Source of the DNA: Phoronis australis
Taxonomy: Eukaryota > Animalia > Phoronida
Direction of reading: 5' to 3'
Length of the DNA stretch: 64,000 bases
Assembly (NCBI GenBank): GCA_002633005.1
Contig: NMRA01000144.1
Span: 650,861 to 714,860 of the forward strand
Every line of letters begins with the position of its first letter. The first letter of the stretch is position 1. The notes beneath the pieces were generated by a model. It was not told where the DNA came from. It worked only from the letters and a program-made list of their open reading frames with translations, and ran no database searches. Both the position numbers and the translations under genes were made by a program. This document shows, in pieces, positions 55,546-64,000 of this stretch.

Positions 55546-56313
55546 ATCATGTAATGGATGCATAAAATTACATGGATTTGGTCAAAGCTAGAAATCGACT
55601 GGTGCTGGCCAGGAGTATCCCAGCCATCGTTACAGCTTTCGATAATATTAAAGGACAACTAGTATCTTGCCACTAAGTAAAATGGCTAACAGAGGGTGCT
55701 CTAGTAGTCCAGTTTGTCTGACAATCAACTTGTCTCATTCAGCGCTTGTTTCAGCAACATCTGACAAGCCGTTACAATAATTAATGGACATGGAAAATCT
55801 TGTTGAAAACTACAATTGCCAACGAGTTCCAGGGTAGTCGACTCCCTCCAAAAAGTAACTGGTGGTGGCGTTTTAGGTTTTTTAAACACTTTTGGTGATG
55901 GCAATAGGCACAAATGTGCAGAAATCATCACTATCAGTAATTTAGTGGGAAAATGAGCAAAACTAACCATGGAGGTAAGTTATATAGTTTGACTAATGGA
56001 GGCGCTGAAAAATTTATAGAATGTGCTAATTTAATGCACTTCTGAAGGCAAAATTAAGAGGCCTCCCCNCCCCCCCCCGCACAAGAACAACCCCCTACAA
56101 ATGTATATACATAAATACATACTCCTCTGCATTCCAATAACCCTGGATTGTGTAAGTTAATATCTTTGACCTTTAACCCTTGACCTGAACTGCAACCTTT
56201 AAAGCTATTGTCACCCAATGTTCTCATACATCCTAAGGGATCAGGATTGAAAAATTGAATTGCAGCAATTCAGGTAAAAGTTCTACCAAATCAAGCTTTG
56301 GGCTACTGGCCTA

Positions 56314-56544
56314 CGATAAAACCTCACCAATTCAGGGCACAATATGGCAAACAAGGCAAATCTTATTTTCGCATTCTTCATAAACAATATGTAACACCGT
56401 TTTCGGTGTCTTAGTCCTGTACCAAAAATACCATCAGACAATATTTTGAAAAAAAAAACAGTGACAATAATGTTAGAAGCCATTGAAAAAAGAAAATAAA
56501 GTAATTTTGTCAATTGTTTTTGTCCAAAATTGAAAACTTTTCTG
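56314..56544 (-). mobile_element. Tc1/mariner-type MITE family A (reverse orientation)
   Basis: TA|CGATAAAACCTCACCAATT ... AATTTTGTCAATTGTTTTTGTCC ... TTTTCTG|TA. Confidence 0.65.
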
Positions 56545-57783
56545 TAATCAAAATTCTCATAATCAAATAGTCAACTTTTATGACATGACAAATCCTTTCA
56601 ACAAAATAATTCTTTCATCTCTCAGAAGCAGAGTTCGAACTCAATGGACAAAATTATGCTCCTTGATGCCCCCACAGGATTAAGGTATCAAATGTTAGAA
56701 CACTAAAATGTGGAGGTCAGCTTTAGCTGAAAAGCACTTATTTATAACATTACATGATTATATGAATGTACTATTTCAAAATGGGAATATTCCAAACATA
56801 TTTCATCCAATCAAAATGCAGCAAACATGGATACGGCCTTTTTGTAAAGTGGCGAAATGACACACAGTGAGAAGAAGAGCTTCAACAATTTTGAGCATCC
56901 AAGGGATACACCTATATTGTGAACTTTTGGTAGCCACCAGTGGCTTTGGGCAAAACCACCTAACAAGATCTAAGTGGCCTTTTTAAAAATGAAATGCTAA
57001 AATATCAAAATGAAAATGCTCTAGACAATAACTGATGGAAACAAAGATTGATCTAGAAGCATTAGACTTATACAGTAATACAGTTTAAATTATCAGTCAC
57101 CAAAAGAGTCCTCTGAAATATGATTCACCAAAGGCAAGTGCACGAGTGAAATGAGTGGAACACTTGTTGCAGGTCTTCACCAGATCTAGCCACATACCAC
57201 CAAATTTCAGAAAGATCCATTCAGCTACTGATGAGACATATTGAGGACATAAATTCTATGTCAATCAGTAAAGAACAGCAGTTGTGTTGAACAACTAAAC
57301 AAAAACAGTCAGACTTACAACACTGGTGAAAAAATACCAAGAATCTGATGTATACACATGTTCAAAATCATTCTTTCACTATTTCATTTGTATTTGACTA
57401 GCTCGTTTAAAAACTCAAAATGAAAACTGAGATGACTTTTAAAATTTATTGTGTAACAGATCTACAATCATGTGGTTTTAACAGCAAACATCTTCAACAT
57501 TCTAACATGACATCATTTCAACATGTCACCCATGCTGCTTACACCTGCTACAGCGCCACCTTCTGACAAAAAATAACTTTTGGTTTAAACCACTTAGCAT
57601 TATAATACTGGTCTCAGCTTGGTTCTTTTCTCAGCTTAGACATGATTTCAGGGCTTTGGAAGACTTGACAGTTCAATACTACCCCAGACAAGGCTCAATA
57701 ATTTGGCTTAACACGATTTTAGGCACCAAGTTTGGTCTCATGTAATAACTATCAGTTCTTCCGAAGCCCAGAAGTAACTTCTA

Positions 57784-58047
57784 CATTAACCTCTCTTCAA
57801 ATTCACACAAAAATAATGGTCAAAACAGCATTATTTCCCTTTTTCAAAAACTGATTACATTGATAAAATGCTCAAAATTTTATCAAAGTTTTGTTATGCG
57901 ACAGCTGTTCAGTACAAATCATGATAACGAACTGGAGTTTTTCTCAACACTAATTTTTGTAGAGAAAAATGAAGAAATAAAATTCCACCAGCCCACCACC
58001 TTCTGTCCTAATTTGAATTGTTCACCAAATTACCAGTTTTATGACTG
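57784..58047 (+). mobile_element. Tc1/mariner-type MITE family A (degenerate)
   Basis: AAATTCACACAAAAATAATGGTCAAAA ... ACTG|TA. Confidence 0.5.
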
Positions 58048-58259
58048 TAAGTGGCCTAAATCAACAGTTACGGTTTCAGTAAAAGGCACAGCTTAAACAA
58101 CAGACTGTGCTAACAACAAAACCCACAATTACAAATTAGCAGTTGTCACTATTATACAGATCAACATTTCAGGTGACGTGTGTTATTCGGCTAAATAAAA
58201 CAAAGAACATCTACTTAAAGTATGGTGCCAGTTTATGTTTTAAATAAATTTTGAAAAGA

Positions 58260-58590
58260 ACAAGCACCAAAAACTTACTATACAACCATGCAATAGGTGC
58301 AAGAACAAACAAATTATATGATCAGCAATGAAAAACAAATCTTGTCTGAGCTGAGCTGTATAAGAAATTCACCATATACAGTCCTGGAGATGAAACAGAA
58401 CAAGAGTGACACCTATGTTGGAGAATCACAAACTGTAGGCAACCGGTGGTGGTTTCAAATTAGACAATATTTAAGGGTACCATCGTTTTATAAGACCAAC
58501 ATCTTAAACTAGAGAGAAAATGCCACTTATTTAACTGGCGCGAATTCAAACGGGAGTAGATTGACACTTTGTTCACCACTGAATGTGCTC
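58260..58590 (+). pseudogene. Possible decayed Penelope-like (Neptune-type) GIY-YIG endonuclease remnant
   Basis: Ordered motifs across three frames: QPCNRCK (58283-58303), LSC...YVGES.....RW (track ORF 58297-58512) and RE*IDTLFT (58551-58577). Confidence 0.35.
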
Positions 58591-59073
58591 CTGATATCAA
58601 ATACAAAGAACTTCTCAAGAAGGGACTCAAACCTAAGCAGGAATGTTGATTGAAATACGTATATCATCCAAGCAATACTTCTGCTTGTTATTCACCATAC
58701 AAACATGATCAATATCAAATGTTCAACAAAACACCAGGTAACCCATTACAGCAATGAACACATAAAGATACTAGATTGAGATGCAAGCAGTTTCTTTAAA
58801 TAAAATCTCAAACAAAGAGCAAATACACTTAGGTCACTCATAAGGTATTGCTCAAACTTGATGGTTTCATCTGGAAACCAAAAATTTGAACAGAATTAGT
58901 ATAAATCTCATACATCTCAGAGGCTCCAGATGAAACTATTAGGAAAAAGCACAAGTCATCTTTTACTGCAAAAGGAGAATGTGTATTCCGCAAACTCTAC
59001 TAAGTTATTCAGCACACAAAAAACTCTTCAACAATTCATGTTACACTTGATTATAGCATTTATATATATCCAT

Positions 59074-59119
59074 CAACAATAGGTTTGTACCAACAATAGG
59101 TTTGTACCAACAAAAGGTT
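59074..59119. repeat. 17-bp tandem repeat, ~2.7 copies (CAACAATAGGTTTGTAC)
   Basis: Directly visible. Confidence 0.9.
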
Positions 59120-60121
59120 AACAACCATATCAATGAACTAGTATTTGACAGAAAACAGTACATCTTATTCAAGATGTTTTAACCATTTGGAATGATCAGA
59201 AACACAAAGTCATAACAGCTACATTATCTGACTTAATTCAAATTCAACAAATAACCCGTTCAAGCAAAAGTTTGGAATCAATTCACTTAGAATTGATTTA
59301 TCCTAATTGGCTTCATCCCCACCAAAGATGCAGCACTGTCCACTAAATGAATCCTTTGCATGTGTACTTCTCACTTTCCTGTCAAGAACTTCCTTGTATA
59401 AATGGCAGGTAGCTGGATTTTTAGAAGTTTTTGTTTTGCTTTGTAGTAGTGTGTAAACTGGTAAAATCAGAAAATATCTAACCTGAACAACGCTTCAGAG
59501 CTGAGACCTGTCCATGCGCAAGTTTATGTTACTTCCCTTATCTAAGTCAAATAAATTCAATTGTGCACTCACACTTCACAAGGAATGGGTTTAGGTTAAA
59601 TCAAATCGAAATCACCTTAAGCAGTGGGTTCAAGTTAATTGATTTAAGCAAAACCAATTGCGTTCATACATGCTCTCTAAATCTATTTGAATTTTAAACT
59701 GCTTTATGATTAAAGTCTTCGGGGGGGGGGGGGGNGAGGGGTTGAATTTCCACTGAAGTCTTGAAGCGATACCTTTGCAGCTAGCACGACAACTTGTGAC
59801 CTCAAGCATATATCTATATAAAAACATTGATTGTCTAAGAACAGTCTTGCTTCAGAGTCTTCCGAAAAAAGATTTTCAGCGTCTTTTTATTAATTTTTAA
59901 AAATAACATGACAAGCTTTAGGCAGACAATAGGGTTTATTTATCTATTTGCTGGAATATTAAGTATAAGGTACTTATTTTGATTGAACATTCATTTTGTG
60001 GTTATAAGAATGTAATACAATGTGCTTCATGAGCAAAGTAAAAACTTTCCAAACCACTGAATCAAGATTCCGAACAGAGAAATCTGCATTCCAAACACTG
60101 AAATCAAGTTCCGAGCAACTG

Positions 60122-61444
60122 AAACAAGAGCAACGCGGAGCGTTGAAATGCGCCCACAATTGCACCGCATACGGTATCCTTCTAGGGTTGTTTATTGGTA
60201 CCATAAAGTGGCCAGTAGAGGGCATACTTTGCAAAATGGAAAGGCATGGTCATTGTCTCCTCAATAGGCTAGGGGCAAAATGTGAGTAATCTTCATAATA
60301 CAAGCACATCCTATACACCAGTTGCTTAAAGCACCACAGAAACANNNNNNNNNNNNNNNNNNNNNNNNNNNNNNNNNNNNNNNNNNNNNNNNNNNNNNNN
60401 NNNNNNNNNNNNNNNNNNNNNNNNNNNNNNNNNNNNNNNNNNNNNNNNNNNNNNNNNNNNNNNNNNNNNNNNNNNNNNNNNNNNNNNNNNNNNNNNNNNN
60501 NNNNNNNNNNNNNNNNNNNNNNNNNNNNNNNNNNNNNNNNNNNNNNNNNNNNNNNNNNNNNNNNNNNNNNNNNNNNNNNNNNNNNNNNNNNNNNNNNNNN
60601 NNNNNNNNNNNNNNNNNNNNNNNNNNNNNNNNNNNNNNNNNNNNNNNNNNNNNNNNNNNNNNNNNNNNNNNNNNNNNNNNNNNNNNNNNNNNNNNNNNNN
60701 NNNNNNNNNNNNNNNNNNNNNNNNNNNNNNNNNNNNNNNNNNNNNNNNNNNNNNNNNNNNNNNNNNNNNNNNNNNNNNNNNNNNNNNNNNNNNNNNNNNN
60801 NNNNNNNNNNNNNNNNNNNNNNNNNNNNNNNNNNNNNNNNNNNNNNNNNNNNNNNNNNNNNNNNNNNNNNNNNNNNNNNNNNNNNNNNNNNNNNNNNNNN
60901 NNNNNNNNNNNNNNNNNNNNNNNNNNNNNNNNNNNNNNNNNNNNNNNNNNNNNNNNNNNNNNNNNNNNNNNNNNNNNNNNNNNNNNNNNNNNNNNNNNNN
61001 NNNNNNNNNNNNNNNNNNNNNNNNNNNNNNNNNNNNNNNNNNNNNNNNNNNNNNNNNNNNNNNNNNNNNNNNNNNNNNNNNNNNNNNNNNNNNNNNNNNN
61101 NNNNNNNNNNNNNNNNNNNNNNNNNNNNNNNNNNNNNNNNNNNNNNNNNNNNNNNTAGGTGCCTACATACCAAATTTCATGAAAATCCGTTCAGGACTTT
61201 TGAAGATACAAAGGTAAGCGTAAAAAACTAAAATTGCCACTAGGGGGCACACCGGTAGTCGGATCCGTCCGAAAGTTCGCACATGCCGTCCCATTCATGA
61301 ATGGAACATATGTGCCAAATTTCATGAACGTATGTCAAAGGGTTTTGGAGATAGAGCAGCGGACGCCGGACGCCGGACGGACGGACGGACGGACGGAGAT
61401 GACGGCATAATGCGTCCACATATAAATATGTGGGCGCATAAAAA
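60122..61444 (-). mobile_element. Helentron-associated interspersed element (HINE, DINE-1/pearl-like), spanning the assembly gap
   Basis: Exact 11-bp subTIR pair ATGCGCCCACA (60148-60158) and TGTGGGCGCAT (61429-61439). Also a partial inverted copy at 61410-61421, a (GGAC)n microsatellite at ~61360-61397, a short stem-loop CAACGC-GGA-GCGTTG at 60131-60145, A/T-run ends and internal tandem core units (ccaaatttcatgaa). Confidence 0.85.
60345..61155. other. Assembly gap (811 N), probably collapsed HINE internal tandem repeats
   Basis: The N run is flanked on both sides by parts of one HINE. The gap itself is certain; its content is inferred. Confidence 0.95.
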
Positions 61445-61519
61445 TCACTCATCATTAAAATCAAATTTTCCGAATGGGGAACCAGTCTAATGCAGAATCT
61501 CAAACACTTAAAAAAACTT

Positions 61520-61525
61520 TTTATT
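61520..61525 (-). terminator. Candidate polyadenylation signal (AATAAA) of the RNFT gene, implying a ~1.27 kb 3' UTR
   Basis: First canonical minus-strand AATAAA I found downstream of the stop codon, followed by T/GT-rich sequence. Confidence 0.45.
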
Positions 61526-62788
61526 GTTTAGCACTACATTAGATTATTCAGATACCACTCCGGACCTAAGGACTAAACTCTTTCCAAATGAAAATCGACC
61601 AATTACGCGGCACATTTCAAGTAAACTTACAAATTTGTACGGGTCTAAGTTCAGAGATTAGACCTTACACCCAGCAGACAGGAGATATTGTGTAGAAATA
61701 GCCTCCAGTGGAAATAAGGAACAAATAGAAACTGATGTACTTAACAAACTGAAAGGTATGCACACTCAACCAGCACATGAAAGATGACACTACTGCTTTG
61801 TACTAGTCTGGAAAAAGCTGGGGTATCTGCACAACCAGTTGACAAACCTGTAGAAAATCAACAATAAAAGCATCGGTTTACACGGGAGGTATAGTTCCTT
61901 ACTGGGAATGATGTTATGACTGGTTGAGTTACTTGACTTTAACAACTATGTTCAAAACAGTGGCTAAGAAAGGTAATGATAAACAGATTAATATTGCTGT
62001 ACATGATGAAAGCCAATAACTTGAACAGGAGCAATAGAGTTATTCCCAGAGTACGTATCTATGTATATATGTAAGTATGAATGCATGTATGTATATAGTA
62101 CGTGTATCGCCATCTATAATCAGTATGCTTTGAACTCTTGATTATATCCACTTTCCAAACACTAATGCTAACACAGAATATTATAGACATGCTAGTCTAA
62201 CTTATAGCCTTACATGAGACAGTAAAAAGTCATTGCCATATTTCCTGAAAACTAGGCATATGAACCTTAAATTATTACTTCCTAAAACACAAAAATTTAG
62301 AAACTTATTGAATTACAGGTTACAACAAAATTTTGAGAAACACTGATTAAGATGCAGTTTACGACACATTCTAAAGGTGGCAATACCCACCTTTATAGAA
62401 AAACAGGAAATGAATGATTACTTAAAATTAACAAACTATAACTCATAGTACTTCTTGAAAGCACGAGAAAATCTCACTTAATTTAGACACAATGTGGCGA
62501 CAAGTGAAATTTCGTTTCTATTTTTTCATAACAGATAAGTCACACTAAATAAATGTTTTACCACTTTCAATTCTAGTAATCAAGGTTCCATCTTACAATG
62601 TTTAACATTGCTTGCATATAAAACAAAGTTACCAGAACCCCTTAAATCAAGAAAACCAAACTTTTCCCCAGAACTTTGTGAGAAATTGCCGTTATTCTGG
62701 TGATACAAACTTACAATATGTCTTTGAGACTAATCCTAATGGCACCAATCAGCTACCTTGTCTTTTTAAAGAAACAGACCAAGATTTT

Positions 62789-62920
62789 TCAGAACAGCTG
62801 TATGTATGGTGACGTCGAGCCATCTCGCCACACAGGACTCTCCACGATTTCTGCACGACACATCGGACATGTCTTCTCACGGTCAAACCACATTGACACG
62901 CAATCCTCACAAAATATATG
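62789..62920 (-). CDS. RNFT2: Terminal coding exon of an RNFT1/RNFT2-family RING finger and transmembrane domain E3 ligase
   Basis: Translates [43 protein letters not shown]. This is the second half of a C3HC4 RING plus the W(K/R)DG.TS...Q.Y/F tail that I recall for RNFT1/2. A phase-0 acceptor ttcaattgcag|CAT lies at 62921-62922, so the N-terminal part of the track ORF (62921-63016) is intronic. RNFT1 versus RNFT2 cannot be resolved; upstream exons lie beyond the window. Confidence 0.92.
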   Translation of the reverse strand, partial: HIFCEDCVSMWFDREKTCPMCRAEIVESPVWRDGSTSPYIQLF

Positions 62921-63433
62921 CTGCAATTGAAAGGTCACATCATTCACACTGGGCAGCAGTGGCTTGCTACTTAACCATTTACTACCAGAAGTGTTAATGG
63001 AGCAATACACCGGCACATTCTGTCAAAAAAAAAAAAAATTTCTGCTATAATATCAGTCTCATCTTGTACCTTACTCAGATTTGAAATGTTTTCTAGCATT
63101 GAGATCAACTGACACATCGTTATTGGTTCAAACAAGCCCCATTCAATATGCCTGTGACGGTGGGTTAGTTTCAGTTGCCAAGGCAATATGACCATCAGGG
63201 GAATAACAGGTGTTTTATTGAAATTCAAATTTTAACTCAAAGAAAGTATCAGAACATGATGGTGTTTCTATGAATGAGAAAAACATTTGTAAAGAAAGTT
63301 GATGTTAACACTAGACAATGGTTTTTAGGGACATTAAACATATTCCAAACACCAAGTCAGCTTTTTAGTAAAACCCTGCTTTTCACGGAGACATTTAATA
63401 CTGAAAGCAAGATTTATAATATATTTATGAATT

Positions 63434-63705
63434 AACAAGAGCAACGCTCAGCACTGAAATGTACCCACAGCTGTACCTTAAACGGAAGACTTATAGGAGT
63501 TTTAATAAGTATCACAGAAATGGCCATTAGATGGTGCACAATTCATCGGACCAGTGTATAAATGGGAAGGCTTCGCTTTCCGAATAGAAAACTATTTCCC
63601 CAATTTCATGAAAATCCATTCAAGAACTCAAAACAATACAGAGGCAAACATGAAAAAACAAATTGCCATTAGGAGGCAAATTGGTGGTCCGATCTGTCCA
63701 TCTGT
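63434..63705 (-). mobile_element. Second, more diverged copy of the same HINE family, abutting the L1/Tx1 fragment
   Basis: AACAAGAGCAACGCTCAGCACTGAAATGTACCCACA matches 60123-60158. Core aatttcatgaaaatccattcaag...aaattgccattaggaggca matches 61172-61250. Confidence 0.8.
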
Positions 63706-63720
63706 TGTCAAGTTAATAAG

Positions 63721-64000
63721 AAACAGGGTATTATCTCAATAATACCAAAAGAAAATAAACCAAGAGAATTCATAAAAAATTGGCGTCCAATTTCACTATT
63801 GAATATTACTTACAAACTTTTGTCTGGTTGTATTGCTAGACGCCTAAAAGGCGTCCTCGGACCCCTTATTCATGAGAACCAACAAGGTTTCATGAAAGGC
63901 AGATATATTGGGGAAAACATAAGAATTTTATATGATGTAATTCAATTTTTAGACTGTAAACCCTTTCCCGGACTCCTGTTAATGATCGATTTTGAAAAAG
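63721..64000 (+). mobile_element. 5'-truncated L1/Tx1-clade non-LTR retrotransposon, reverse transcriptase N-terminal subdomains (runs off window)
   Basis: Stop-free frame KQGIISIIPKENKPREFIKNWRPISLLNITYKLLSGCIARRLKGVLGPLIHENQQGFMKGRYIGENIRILYDVIQFLDCKPFPGLLLMIDFEK. It carries the WRPISLLN..YK, Q.GF..GR.I..NI and IDFEK motifs typical of L1/Tx1 RT. Confidence 0.93.

Noticed and set aside
2259-59827. The many 60-145 aa ORFs in the track
   Set aside because: No recognisable domains, many non-ATG starts, composition typical of AT-rich non-coding DNA, and several overlap MITEs.
60250-61173. 307-aa and 278-aa ORFs in the track
   Set aside because: Artefacts of translating the N gap.
62921-63016. 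N-terminal part of the 75-aa RING ORF
   Set aside because: Upstream of the splice acceptor; no RING similarity, so intronic.

Overview
AT-rich, CpG-poor eukaryotic (metazoan) DNA, probably a marine invertebrate judging by the repeat types; the taxon cannot be fixed from sequence. It is not prokaryotic: no operons, CRISPR array or rRNA/tRNA genes. Only two protein-coding segments are securely recognisable. One is the terminal coding exon of an RNFT1/RNFT2-family RING-finger gene on the minus strand (62789-62920). The other is a 5'-truncated L1/Tx1-clade reverse transcriptase (63721 to window end) in that gene's intron. The remaining ~60 kb is intronic or intergenic and dense with non-autonomous DNA elements: Tc1/mariner-type TA MITEs, PIF/Harbinger-like, Kolobok-like, hAT-like elements with 5-bp TSDs, a foldback element, and Helentron-associated (HINE/DINE-1-like) elements, one spanning an 811-N gap. 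The best leads, all unproven, are several minus-strand micro/mini-exon candidates (3 nt, 27 nt, 62 nt) suggesting a hidden long-intron gene, CTCF-like motifs carried in each HINE repeat unit, a Crypton-like fragment inside a foldback element, and a decayed Penelope-like GIY-YIG remnant. I cannot claim a clearly novel biological system. Nearly all ORFs in the supplied track look spurious.
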